Assembly (NCBI RefSeq): GCF_000981445.1
Contig: NC_027218.1
Location: 186,001-250,000 of the forward strand
Direction of reading: 5' to 3'
Source: Babesia bigemina
Lineage: Eukaryota
DNA: 64,000 nt
Shown: positions 1 through 12,314 of the stretch, in pieces
Layout of the letters: every line of letters starts with the position of its first letter
Numbering within the stretch: position 1 is the stretch's first letter
The notes under the pieces: generated by a model
Databases searched by the model: none
Seen by the model: the letters and a program-made list of their open reading frames with translations, nothing else
Told to the model about the DNA's origin: nothing
Program-made: the position numbers and the translations under genes

Positions 1-455
1 TGCCTGGGAGGCGAGACAGTAGCTATCAGCATGTATAACACATGCGTTGAGGCGTTGTACTTGTATGATTATCATCCCTAGCGCCCCGTTACTGTTCCAC
101 GATTCGGTGCGGACCGTTCGAGCCGCGTTTATAGCGCATTCGTAGCATTCCATGCAACTCAGCTATGTACACTCGAATCTAGCAACTAGATCGGCTATCC
201 GCTGCCGGCATGTGCTGATGTGTAGCGTTCCTGTTCAGTGGATCGCCGACGCGGGTTGCCACGGAGACATGCGGGGTACAGTGCGAGCAATCACAGCGAT
301 ATCACATTTTAAACGTCAAACTGTAAACAAAAGTAAACGCCACTCGAAAATTTGGTGTCCCTAGCACGAAAAACCGCAACTAGCGAAAATTTAGCCACAC
401 AGCAGATTACGACTAATGCGGCACTCGCGTTGTCGTATATTGAGTTCTAATTGAA

Positions 456-929
456 ATGGGAAAAGGTCATGGCGACTGGGTGTGCCCTGTTCTAACGTGA
501 GTTTCGCTGTGTTTTGTAAGGTCTCCCTAGACGTTTGGAGTGTGCAAACTTCCTTGTGCTGTCGTTCATTAGGATTCAGGTGCTCAAATCTCAATTTTTC
601 AAAACGCGATTCTTGCAATCGCTGTGGATTCAATCGTTCGCAAGGTGCGTTAGGGATTTCGTTGGGGCCGATAATAGTTCAGGTGGCGGCGCGGATGCAC
701 CCCTTTTTAGACATCGCAAGTACAACGACTGGCTTTGCGAACAGTAGGTTCCCACGGATACGCCCTGATGTGTGGCAGTTGTGGTAACGCAAACTGGTCC
801 CGTAGAAGACAGTGTAACATTTGCAGGCAAGACAGGCCGGGTTGTAACAGGTGTGTTGTTGTTTTACCCTTACACACCTTCTCAGCGACGGCCCGGTGCA
901 GTGTGCCACATAACGTAGATATTATATAA
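456..929 (+). CDS. RanBP2-type zinc finger protein (ZRANB2-like), multi-exon; 3' end uncertain
   Basis: ATG 456. Splicing out intron 497-579 gives [25 protein letters not shown]. Later exons give NDWLCE..CGNANWSRRRQCNICR. These are two W-x-C..C-x3-N-x6-C-x2-C fingers. Confidence 0.8.
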
Positions 930-1008
930 ACGAATTTCGTGACTTACAAGTCACTTGGGTGTGTGTTGGGAGTGCTGTTACAGGCTTCCTCTGTTATAAA
1001 TCGAGCTA

Positions 1009-2318
1009 ATGGGTATTAAGGGGCTCATCGGGTTTCTCAATGAATTCGCCCCGGGCTCCTTGAGCAACGTCACCTTGGACAGCGTATCCGGATACACTGT
1101 CGCTATTGATGCATCAACTGCTCTGTATCAGTTCACCATAGCGATTAGGGAGAGCAGCTACTTTTCTTCGCTGACGAACTCCAAGGGCGAATCCACGTCG
1201 CACCTCGCTGGTTTGATGACCAGGACCATTCGGCTCCTTGAATCTGGAATAAAACCTATTTTCGTCTTCGACTCCACTCCCCCCGAGGCCAAACTCCAGA
1301 CGCTCGCGAAACGCAAGGAATTGCGCCAGGAAGCGGAGGCATCCCTTGAGCTAGCAAAGGAGAATGATGACAAGGAAAACATCAAAAAGTTCGTAGGTCG
1401 TACTGTTCACATTTCAAAGAGCGAGAACGAGAGCGCCAAAGAGCTGCTCCGGTTGATGGGTATACCGGTCATCGAGGCTAAAGAGGAGGCGGAAGCACAG
1501 TGCGCGTACCTTGTGAAGCAAGGCCTGGCTGATGCCGTGGGCACTGAGGACGCCGATGCACTTGTATTCGGTTGCGTCACGCTATTGAAAAATCTAACTG
1601 CCAGCAACAAGAAGATTTTGAAAGTCGAGTTGGCCAAAGTGCTCGAGCTGCTCAACCTGACTCACGCTGAGTTCATCGACTTTTGTATTCTTTGTGGATG
1701 TGACTATTGCGGCACGATTAAAGGAGTTGGTCCTAAGACGGCCTACAATTTGATTCGTAAGTTCAAGAGCATCGAACGCATTTTGGAAGTAAAATCTGAA
1801 TCACTAGAAGGCTACGAGGTAGCGCAAGAGTACTTCCGCAACCCGCAGGTCAATCACATTGCTGAGATTCCTCGTTCTGAGCCTGATCTCACGGCTTTGA
1901 AGGAGTTTTTGGTCGACAAGAACGATTTCGCGGAAGAACGTGTCAACAAGTTCCTGGAACGTCTTCTTAAGGCAAAGACCAAGAAGGTTCAGCTGTCTCT
2001 CCGGACGTTCTTCACGAAGCCATCTGTGCCTCAAACCGCGTCCCTAAGCACCAGTTGTAGCATTGACGATAGCGAGGGTGTCCCGGAAATACAAGAACCC
2101 CCAGAGAGCGCGCCTCTTCTCACCACTTGCCGAATCGAAGACAACGAGTCCATTCCTGTGACAAAGGAGGCACCCGAAGAAGACGACAAGCATGGTAAGT
2201 TACGTGTCCTGGCATTCATATAATCGCAGTTAAACGCGTCGAGAAGCCTTCGATGGGCCTACTCAGCGTGTGCCCGTCGCATGTGCGCGCTGTCAAGAAG
2301 CGACACGTACGGTGCTAA
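1009..2318 (+). CDS. FEN1: Flap endonuclease 1; exons 1009-2194 and 2230-2318
   Basis: MGIKGL, AIDAS..LYQF, EAEAQCA, TEDAD, LCGCDY..IKGVGPKTA and PIP box QLSLRTFF. A GTAAGT..CGCAG intron (2195-2229) gives the tail LLSVCPSHVRAVKKRHVRC*. Confidence 0.96.
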
Positions 2319-2328
2319 TCCAGCCTTT

Positions 2329-3111
2329 ATGCAACGGTCGTTTAGCACAGACAAGGTGTCCAGGCGTTTTGAAAAGCCCGTTCCGATCGATGTCGACGAG
2401 GAAACCGTGCCGGAACACCTCAAACGGTTTATTTGCGTGCGCCACTTTGAGCCCAGGGTGACGATCAAACGGACTAGTCCAAGGGAGGTCGATGCCGAAT
2501 CCGTTGAGGCACTCGTGTCGCACCTCTGCGGCGCGCACGGGGTGGCTCGTAAAGACGCCGTCACTCCTGAGGAAGAATGTGCCATGAGCGGCGAGGGTCT
2601 CCTGTGGCCTAATCCGCTGCTGCAGAACCTCAGGGCTTCCACCGGCAATTTAAGCAACCCTCGTCTGCGTGACCTCTGGCAATCCAGCTCGAGTCACGGC
2701 ATTTCTTGGGACGCTTTGGACAAGCTGTACATGAGCTTTCGCGAGGCACGCGACTCCAGCATTGCCGAGTGGGATAAGCACGCGCCGGAAGTAGCGGACT
2801 TCGCAAGCAAGGTTGCACGAGACAAGATCACGCGATGGTGCAAGGATAGCAACGCGTGCCCCCCTCGCCTTCTACGGATGTGGACACACCTGCTTTACAC
2901 GAGATGGCGTGAGCGCTACCTTCACATTTACAGCACTCGCATGCTTTCACGTTTTTTGAAGGGCGAGATCACCGATCGTGTACTGATGCGGGAGTTAAAC
3001 GAGTGCACGGGCTCTGATACACACTGCTCAGAGTTACCGTTTACCACCAAGGCGTCGGAGCACAACCCTCACTTCGTGCACCGCGTCGCTAAGGGCGTGT
3101 CGAGCGACTAG
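2329..3111 (+). CDS. Hypothetical protein, about 260 aa
   Basis: Long ORF with coding-like composition. The first ATG downstream of the spliced FEN1 stop is at 2329; an in-frame ATG at 2281 overlaps FEN1. Confidence 0.7.
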   Translation: MQRSFSTDKVSRRFEKPVPIDVDEETVPEHLKRFICVRHFEPRVTIKRTSPREVDAESVEALVSHLCGAHGVARKDAVTPEEECAMSGEGLLWPNPLLQNLRASTGNLSNPRLRDLWQSSSSHGISWDALDKLYMSFREARDSSIAEWDKHAPEVADFASKVARDKITRWCKDSNACPPRLLRMWTHLLYTRWRERYLHIYSTRMLSRFLKGEITDRVLMRELNECTGSDTHCSELPFTTKASEHNPHFVHRVAKGVSSD

Positions 3112-3185
3112 ACCGACACGCTATTGTTCTAGGCTTAAATTCAGAAACCACGTTGATAAAGGCACTAGGTGATTTTATACGACAC

Positions 3186-3605
3186 TCATGCCCACTGCGG
3201 AGTGTAAAGCAGTGAGCACGTTTCGCACGTGTAGGACTTTACGCCCAGAGCGATTGCGATGGTGGAGACCTCGACGAGTTCGCCGCAGCGACATTGGAAG
3301 AAGTAAGCGTTCTCCTGCTCGCTGAACACCATATCGTGGTCATACACTGGTTGTCCGAAAGAGCTTTGGTGCTGCTCCCGGTAAGCGGCCTGCTCGTCTC
3401 TCTCGTCGAAGTAGCGATTGAGCTTGTTGTATGCAGACATAACCTCGTTGAACTCGTTAACCGATCCAGCACCCTTATCGGGGTGGCTCTCCCTTACGGC
3501 TTGTAGGAATGAGCATCGGACATCATCTCGTTCTATCTTTTTCGTGGTGTCTAGCTTCAATACACGCGCAGCCCGTGCGAGCTCCCTCAACGCATCAGGG
3601 CCCAT
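3186..3605 (-). CDS. DPH4: J-domain plus CSL zinc finger protein (diphthamide biosynthesis DPH4/DNAJC24-like)
   Basis: HPDK J-domain motif followed by FQCRCGE..CETCSL. Confidence 0.88.
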   Translation of the reverse strand: MGPDALRELARAARVLKLDTTKKIERDDVRCSFLQAVRESHPDKGAGSVNEFNEVMSAYNKLNRYFDERDEQAAYREQHQSSFGQPVYDHDMVFSEQENAYFFQCRCGELVEVSTIAIALGVKSYTCETCSLLYTPQWA

Positions 3606-4097
3606 CAAACGTGAGACGTCAATTCACTTCATGTGTGCAATAACATTGCCGTGCAATTGTTCATTGCTTCTGACGCCAATCAAGCCTTAATGCTGTCATG
3701 TAGTTCAGGTGTCAATGCTCCCGCGCGACCGATCACACTGCCATGAAAATACTGCCGGGCTATTATAACATGGCATCCATCCATTCACCTTTTACAGCCA
3801 TAAATAACAGATGTGTGATATCCAGGTGCCATTTGTAGCCCTCCGTAACGTGGAAGGTAGACCGAGTTGACTGCCTTACATTACACTGAATAACGACATC
3901 ACTGGCGCAACAACATTAAGAATCTTCGTTTGACACCATATATATGATGTCATAATAGCATTTACAAAGCCATTAACCGGCAATCGTGTCTGTGCGATTT
4001 TAAAAACAATAGCTTGATATGGAACGCTGACGTATGACCGCACAGCAGTAGAACGTCAAACCCGAGAGTCTGCTACATTTTATGCGGACGAAACGCT

Positions 4098-5683
4098 TTA
4101 AGCATAGTATACGGTCCCCCGTAGTGCAACGTCTAACGCTGCCACAACGGCCCTAAGGTTCCGTAACAGAGTGGCGTTTGCAGATGCAGCAACGCCCATC
4201 CTTGGTCTGAAAATCTGCAATACCTCCCACTTGGCGTTTGATTACCTCTGCATATGCGATATTCCAAGTTGCATAGTGCCCGATTTACAAGTTTGCCTGT
4301 TGTACAAATGATTCTAGCGTAGGGTGGTTGAAATGAAGCGCTCTCTGTGGCACATTATACCTATGCTTTCGAAAACTCACACATGATTCCACCACGCAAT
4401 GAATTTGCGAAGGAGTGGCTGTGCCCTTGTTGTGCACGTGCCGCACCAACATCTCCAGAAGCGCTGCGTTGTGATACGAAAGCGTCCTAAATCGCTGGAG
4501 CATATCCACCACCTTTGTCAAGTCAGGAAGCTGGTGCGAACGCTGCAGAAATGCATCACCAATTGCGTCTAGAACACCCCGATGTTGCCACTCCAAATCG
4601 CTGCAAGTGACCACTGTGCGATAAAGTTGCTCGTTGCTTAGATCACCTAGGTCATGGGTAGCAATTACGTCCAAAAGCTTCTTTGCAGTGATACTTCCGG
4701 CTTCGCACGTCATCTGACTATAGTGAAAAGTATCTGGCAGTACCAACCTTTGCTGGGCCCAGCATGCAGAACGTTCGAACCAAAGTCTCTGCATTCCTGA
4801 TACAGCGGATATCAAGTTCACCCAAAACCTTCCAGTAAGCGACCTTGACGTCGCCCACCGGGTAACCGAAAGCTATTAGTTCTTCTATGACGGCGAGGCT
4901 GCATCCGATGTATGGCTCATATGTCTCCTCGATAGGTGGGTCGCGCATTTGTGCGGGCGATTGTGCTTTGTACGCTGTTAACTCATCAGCACAAAATTTG
5001 AGAACCCTCTCTAACAGATGCGCGTGCGATTCGCAGAGTTTTTGCAAAACGCCTCCGTCATCTGTGTTTGATTCGCTGCTTGTGAGGCGGTGTAGGATTC
5101 TACCTACGCAAATGAATCCGGTGCACAATTTTGCGTAGTGTTCAGGTGGTAGCCGCTCCAGCAATGGTCCTGTGGTAGCCGACACACATTTGTTGCCGTC
5201 GTCGATCCAGTGCATCAATGCAGGCTGCAACGTCTTGACCATTGTTCTCAACTGTGCATCGTCAAACTCTCGGCGTGCGAATCGGTTGATGCAGGACGCA
5301 ACGACCACTAAATTTTCCAGATCCAGCGTTGGCGACGCTAAAGGTATCGAAAAATCCCGATCAAGCTCATTTCTCTCCGAATTGTCGCAGATGGTAGACA
5401 ACCTGGAGCACAGCGACCGTATTGTAGGCACGGCCCTTGAAGATGACCGCGTTGCCGCGAAGAGAAGCACTGATACGTGATCGGTTTTCAGGTCCCAATA
5501 GTGGTTCGGAAGCGACCGCTCAAGATCTTGGAGAAAGGTGGTGGTGTTAGGACCCTGGAATCCTATAGCACTTAACATCGGAGAGTGATACTTACCGCCA
5601 ACGACTTCCTGCCGCGCGCCAGCAGATTGGCAATGAGCTTGTAAGATGCAGCCGTGCACTCCGCGAGAGAGTTCGGCGGCATT
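4098..5683 (-). CDS. Hypothetical multi-exon helical protein; boundaries approximate
   Basis: Overlapping ORFs 4718-5731 and 4285-4821 in different frames, with GT-AG sites near the junctions; Leu-rich helical content. Confidence 0.6.
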
Positions 5684-6053
5684 ATGTGTGTCGTTTTGTG
5701 TCCTCTGTGCAAAGAGAATCCTCTTCGACAAATTTCGTAAAGGGCTCTAGCGCTGCCATAATGCGCAAAGCAGGGTCCAGTGCTATATGGTATTAAAATA
5801 CTAAGTTAAAGCAATGTTTATGCTGACATTTTCCAGCTAACGCGGCATATGTGTCGTCGTGTGGCCGCTGCCTTCGCTAGTCATCTGCGGGGAAGGCAAT
5901 GCTACACCTTTCATTGTAAACAACTCTGACATACTCTTTCAACAGTGTACAAACAGTAAAATGTTTGTGTGTGTGTGATGGCGACGTGTTCTCAGCTGGA
6001 AGGACACCGTTGCTGTGTCTGGAGGCCAAAGCACGTATAAATAGTCGACAGCC

Positions 6054-7297
6054 ATGGGTCAAAGTACGAGCTTCCGTTTACCTACGTGTACGAAAAAGAG
6101 TACATATAAGTATTTTGTACTGTGTACGCTGGAAAGGAAGCAAAGTTGCAGGATTCTACTGGCTTTCCGTGTACCGGCGTCGTCAACGTCCGTAGATTAC
6201 ACCATAAGCGACTCTCAGTTGCTACGTCAACATGGTATTCGTGTTCATGATGGTGCTTCGGGTCAACCCCGACCTGCGGATCAGCGGCGTGAAGTTATCG
6301 CGCTGGATGCTGAGGCAGCACATGCTCTAGATCACTACTGCGACCGTCAGATGCTCTGCGTACTCAAACGCTATAATTACCCTGCTGGTCGGAAGATGGT
6401 AAACATGAAGAAACGTGCGAAAAACGAGGCTAATGCTCTTCGCAGGCTGAGACGTTGCAAGCGCATTGTCACGCTGTAAGTCCGTGCACTGCCCCATCCG
6501 CATGTTGCGCTCAGGCTTGACGCTTTCGAGTTCGATGGCGCCACCTACTATGCCATGGAGTATCTGTGGCGTGGCACGCTATGGAGTTTGATACGGCGGA
6601 ACAAAGGGCTTGATGTCAGCACCACGAAGGCGTATGCACTCCAGGTGGCGATGGCAATAGACGCTATGCACCGGCAAGGTATCACTCATCGAGACGTGAC
6701 AGCCAGCAACATCATGATTTCTTCAACGGGGCATTTGAAGATTATTGATTTCAATTTGTGCAGACTGCTCGATCACCGCGACACACGGATGAACTCTTTT
6801 TTGGGCACGTACAGTTGCATGCCACCGGAGGTCCTGCATTGCAACGTCAATTCATCGCTGGTGTCCGGTGGCTCCACTTACACAAAGGAAGTGGATTGGT
6901 GGTACTTCGGTTCGCTGGTGTACGAAATGCTGACTGGGTAGGTCCCACCTTACGAGGCACGTCATTGTTTACCAGAGAGACCCCGTTTACCATTGAGAGC
7001 AAGGACAACGATGAGCAATTCTACAACAGGGTTATCAGGAGCCCCAACACAATCGACTTTGGTCCAATATGTGATGTAGATGCGGCGGACCTAATCACGC
7101 AACTCATGCAAGGGGTCCCATCGGCACGACTGGGTGCTATGGGCGGTTCGGCATGCGTGATGAAGCACAAGTTTTTCGCCGGAATTCGGGGGGGCTTGAC
7201 GTCAAGCACTATACCAACGAACTATATTGAAGCGCGAATTTTTGATTGCATAAAGGTTTGTACATGCGGCATGGATTACACCACGTACAGGCCATGA
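6054..7297 (+). CDS. Atypical Ser/Thr protein kinase (AGC-like C-lobe); introns 6476-6514 and 6938-6975
   Basis: Spliced frame gives VLK..E, AMEYL, HRDVTASN, KIIDFN, GTYSCMPPE, VDWWYFG, GETPF, RLG and HKFF. Confidence 0.88.
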
Positions 7298-7328
7298 TCA
7301 CTGATGAAAGTGATTGATTCTGTTGTTT

Positions 7329-8177
7329 TCAATTGCGATTGAGCGATGTGAACCTTTTCCCCAAAGGTTCTTCTGCCATGTGAACTAGAATCCCCGTGCC
7401 ATAAGTGCGTCTGGCCGCCCCCTTTGCGATACATCCTTTCGGTGCGGCCGTGACACAGGCGCTGGCGTCGCAGGATTCACCAGTTGCACTGGCAATAAGT
7501 TCGTTGCACATCCCTATGAACGTGGGTGGATCAACGACATTTGTTGGGTCCAAATTACCCGGTGAGAGTACAAGTCGCTTTAATGGAATGTAGTGTAGAA
7601 CGGAAGTGAGGTGCGCGCGGAAAATCCGGGCGCGGTCTTTGACGGTCACGCTCATCACCTCGTCCTGATACCCCAGGTGGTCCAGCGTTGCCATGGTTAC
7701 CTCGAAGAAGCACCCACGGTGTAGCGCTGCGGTCACCATACCGCGTTTCACTTTGAACGTTCCATAATGACAAAAATAGTCTAGATTTATGAGGTCACAG
7801 TTGAGTGTCTCACATGCGACTTGGAATGTCTTCTGTGTAGTTGGCATTACTGCCACCACGTCGTAATCACGCCCTTCTGCAATCTTGTTGAACGAATTGG
7901 GCTGGAATCCATCGTTTAGCATCACAGTCACGCGCCTTATGAAAGTGGCGCCACCGGGCAGTTGCCGGCCTAGAGTTGTCACTATCTTTCCCTCCGTCCC
8001 CTGCTCTTGGCCCTTAAAATCATAGGGGGGCAAATTAAGTGGTATATCTTGGACATTCATCTTGTCAGCACGGCAGTACACGTTAAAACCCAGGGAATAC
8101 CATCCACGTAGCTGTGCTGCAGACAACCAAGTGCTCGCATCGCTGGCTGTCGTCCACGGGACATTTAGGTCTATCAT
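7329..8177 (-). CDS. RPP30: RNase P/MRP protein subunit p30 (PHP fold)
   Basis: MIDLNVPW, RRVTV, YDVVAVMPTTQKTFQVAC..DLINLD, KRGMV..A..RG.FFEV. Confidence 0.85.
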   Translation of the reverse strand: MIDLNVPWTTASDASTWLSAAQLRGWYSLGFNVYCRADKMNVQDIPLNLPPYDFKGQEQGTEGKIVTTLGRQLPGGATFIRRVTVMLNDGFQPNSFNKIAEGRDYDVVAVMPTTQKTFQVACETLNCDLINLDYFCHYGTFKVKRGMVTAALHRGCFFEVTMATLDHLGYQDEVMSVTVKDRARIFRAHLTSVLHYIPLKRLVLSPGNLDPTNVVDPPTFIGMCNELIASATGESCDASACVTAAPKGCIAKGAARRTYGTGILVHMAEEPLGKRFTSLNRN

Positions 8178-9111
8178 GTTTCCATGTAAAACGCCCGCTC
8201 AATATCCTTCAGTTGATAAAACGTCACTGACAGCCTGTCAGTTTAACATGCATTTGTTGTCGAATTATAATATATACGCAGGAATCATCCAATGCAAAAA
8301 CGTGCAGCCGAACGGCGATAAGGTTGTTCGTCTACTCAATCGTTAATGCCATGTTTGTTTACCATAATCCTATAAGCACCTTCTAGTAATGATATTCTTC
8401 AGTTGAAACCATCTTAAGACTGTTTTCAAGGGTAAAAGGTGCGATAATTGAACTACGGACACCTAACAAGACACTTCATGTATTATGCTTCAACGAGTCA
8501 AATGGATAGGATAATATGACATATGGATATTTTTCGACCACAGGTGACTAATGTGCACATTTATACGTGAGTTGTTGCTGCTAATATAGCGCCACTGAGC
8601 ATATCGCGTGATCGCGGTGAATATAGACACGACATGTAGTACCTACAAACTGTGGCACTTTTGGTCATCTTGTTGCCAAATTTCAAACAATGGCAGCATT
8701 TTAGGTCAATGTGTGCATAGAAGGTAGTAAAACCGTGTCTGGTTTCATCCACGTTGCTGGCATATGACAATTCAGTTGAATGTTACGCATAAGAAACCTA
8801 AAACGTTATTGCTTCAAAAACAGTTCATACCCTGAATTCACGAATATATTCGAGTTAAAATGGATAATACTACAGGTAGTCAATGTCTATATTCTGGGCG
8901 GGCGATCTAATGTATTAAGGATTCCAACGCATAAATGACTTCGAGAGTTACACGGCTCTGGATGAGACTTAAACCCGGAATCATACAAATAAGATGGTTA
9001 TACATATTATTGTCATCCGTGAAATGACGATTTGTTTGCTACAAACTTAGTTCCAAACGGAAACATTCATCGTAAAGCGCCTGAGAGTTATTGCGATGCA
9101 TTTCTGTGACG

Positions 9112-10595
9112 ATGACTCAGCAAGGATATAATAAAACTGTCTGTGGGTTGTTATTGCATATACAGCTGCTTGCGTGCTCAATCCTTGCCCTATTTGGGGT
9201 GGCTGCAGTGGCAAATAGGGACGTGATTACGTGCGGCGTTGCGTTCCTCAGCGCAGCGCTGATTGCATCAGTGTGCGTTACGTTAAACAATTTGACGGTT
9301 ATATGCAACTGCATTGGTCAGGTAGGTTGTAGAAATTAAGCACGAGCTTTTAATTATTTCTGTAGGTGCTTATCGGCATCGGATTGCTGTACATCAACTA
9401 CCACTCTTTGCACCAGGCACACCCATGGATAACTCTAGTGAGGTATTCAACCGTCATATCTGTATTTTTCGCGATTTCATCGATATCAGTAGTTTGTTCG
9501 GTGGCATTGTTAAATTTGCATGGATCCAAGCAGACGTCACTGGATGAAAATCTTTTCAATGGTGCAGCTTCTGCCTTTGTAACGTTTGAAGAATACAGAG
9601 CGGAAACCTACTCATGTGATGAAGATCCGCTTTTGAACACGGATACGAGTATAGAAATACGCACAGACAACGAGTTTATGTCAGGGGGAGGTGATCGTGA
9701 AGATGGTCAACTTACCAAAGGACCAGAGATGGCATTCTCGAAGGAAATTAACACTAATATGTGGGATTGGGTGACTGTAGATGATAGTAATGCCGATGAT
9801 AATGATTCATCGCAACAAACTCAGGTTATCAACAACTCGGTGCTTCCTCAAACAGATGGCAATTGCCCAATGTATTCATCCTTTGATGCTACTTTCACTG
9901 TTAGGGAGCCATTATTAGCATCGGATTTAAGTTCGCAACAGAGTGCAGTGGATTATGGTGTTGAGAACAAGCATGTGGATATAACCGGCAATAGATCTTC
10001 AAACTATACCAGCGGCACAGATTTCTGGGGATCTAACGTACCCAATTCACATGAGAATAACGCGGGAATTAATACGTTTTTAGAAAGTGAGGCTATGGCC
10101 GAAAACAGGCTAGAGTCACTGGGTCCAGTCATGCCGGCACCACTGCGTAATGAGGATTGGAAGCTGTCGCCTCGCAACCCGCATTCGGCAATAGCTTGGG
10201 GTGGTTCAATTGCATCGCGTAGTAATTATGTGGATATAGCAACGGCAAATGATCCGCCCATGCACCACAGTTTGAACAGTCCTAGAGGTTATCTGCAGCG
10301 CGCGGACGACACTGCTATTACCGGCCAAACTTTGATTTCGTCGCCTGAGGAGGCACACATTCCAACTGCAGGGTTACAATGTATTCCCGTCCGTGACGGG
10401 TCCAGACTTGTATTGCATCGGAAGGAACTTGTTAGCAGCAGTGAAGAGTCCATTGTTTCAAAGGCGAATGTAAACACCGCAAGGTATAACCTTATTAGCG
10501 CAGGAGATAGCTTGCTATCCGAAAACGTGGTAGGGAAACAGCCTTTCAAATACGGCGTCGAGTTTATGTCAGATTCGCGGTATAGCGAAGTGTAG
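9112..10595 (+). CDS. Hypothetical membrane protein with about 4 N-terminal TM segments and a long low-complexity tail; intron 9322-9365
   Basis: In-frame CAG|GTAGGT..TGTAG|GTG joins ORF 9091-9339 to ORF 9366-10595; hydrophobic N-terminal stretches. Confidence 0.7.
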
Positions 10596-12314
10596 AATGG
10601 CGAATCCCTTTACCTAAACTTGTACATCACATTGATACTTAATAAGCGCATGTTGGAAATATGCGGATGCTAATCTCCAAAATGGCGACCATTTCACAGC
10701 GGCAAAAGACCGCTATTGAAGTCATTCAATTGCCTTCGGTAAGTGAATTTTATCTCGGTCTGACTTATTAGCCCGTTACAGCTTATATGTTCTGATGAAT
10801 ACGGCGCATTATCATTACATGAGTCTATTGTAGACAGTATAATGCAACGTTTTAGGCACGTTAAGCTGCTTCGGAGTTCTAACAACTTTAAACATCAAGA
10901 AGTTGAGACTTAGTTAAAGAAAGCAGTACGATCAGCATAATTGGACGTTCAAAACGTCTCACGCATTCAAAAACAAATATGAAGTTATGTTTTTTAAATA
11001 AAATGTGATTAACCAATTTATGGGGCGCAAATGATATGTGGTGCTTATAAAGGTGTATAGACAACTGTTGTCTATGTAGCAGTTGCGCATCAGCATCTAA
11101 TGGCATTGGATATGCTAGTCGGATTTCATTCAAAGGGTTAAGCCCCAACGTAAAACGCACGCGTTCTGCTTAACAGTTATTATTGCGTTTGTTCTATCAT
11201 TATTATTGTGTTCTATCATTTTATAGTGTGCTATGTGGATATTGCCTAGGGCCGGTTTTCGATTTTGCGGGGCTGCCGCCTCGCTCTGATACTGGTTGCG
11301 GGATCCATGGCTTGCTGTTTCGATCTTAGCTGGTGTCATCCGTCCTGTCTGGGTGCGATTGACACTCACAGGGTCGCACTATTCCCTTGATATCATGTCA
11401 CTAAACACGTGTGGTATTATCATGGGCCTTGTCTACTAGCTGAATGCTCTTCCGTGGAGCTACTCCACCGGGCCCTGATGCTTACTTATCATATATAGGC
11501 CCGTCTCCACCAGCTTATCTTCGCTCGCGATTCGGATAACGAGACGATGGCGGTGTTCTTCCGACGATCTTGGATGAGTATATTATCATTAGGTTGCGTT
11601 GTCCTCTCCTTATTAGCTCATGTGTTCCATCGTTACCATGGTAATCCGCCACCCCTTACCACCCTTGTCTCATACAATTGCTTATCATCCGCAATAATCT
11701 TCGGTCATACTCAGAGTTGGATTTGGTGCACGCCATGTTAAGATTGCGCCTTCATCCATCACATCGAAGATTCAACTACTTGTGGAGGCGTAAGGGGGAG
11801 GAGCATTTCCGTTACCACGCCTGCTGCTGATACGCACGAGGCGGTTACCTACACTCGCCCCAACTTATACCTCCCTTAAAGTGTCGGGAAGATGCACTTT
11901 GTCAGATTAGTGGACTCTGGAAGCAATGGGGTAGACCAGTAATTTTATGAGATCTGGAGATGATTCGACGTGAATATTACCTCCAGTACTTCGTATGTCG
12001 CGGTCACTCCTCTCTGGCTCTAAGCACTTGAATGTAGTTGAGAAGCTTCAGCCCAGAGCTAAGGTGGATTGCAATTCTGGGTGTATAGGCGCTGAAGGTT
12101 GGGAATCGGTGAACGAGGCGGATGCTAGTTTTGTCGTGATATAGAAATACATCCCTCATCTGGCACAAGTGTAGCTAATGTAGTTGGTGGCATTGAAACA
12201 TTGTATGCTGAGGGTCTGGCGCTAATCGCATTTGCGCAGGAGTCGAAGTCTGCAGCCTCGGATTGCATCTGTAATTCCATACGATCAATCACACGTTTGT
12301 CTCGCTTCTAAACG

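Noticed and set aside
1..153. Minus-strand ORF from ATG 153 running off the window edge
   Set aside because: Only 51 codons with no recognisable motif; cannot be supported.
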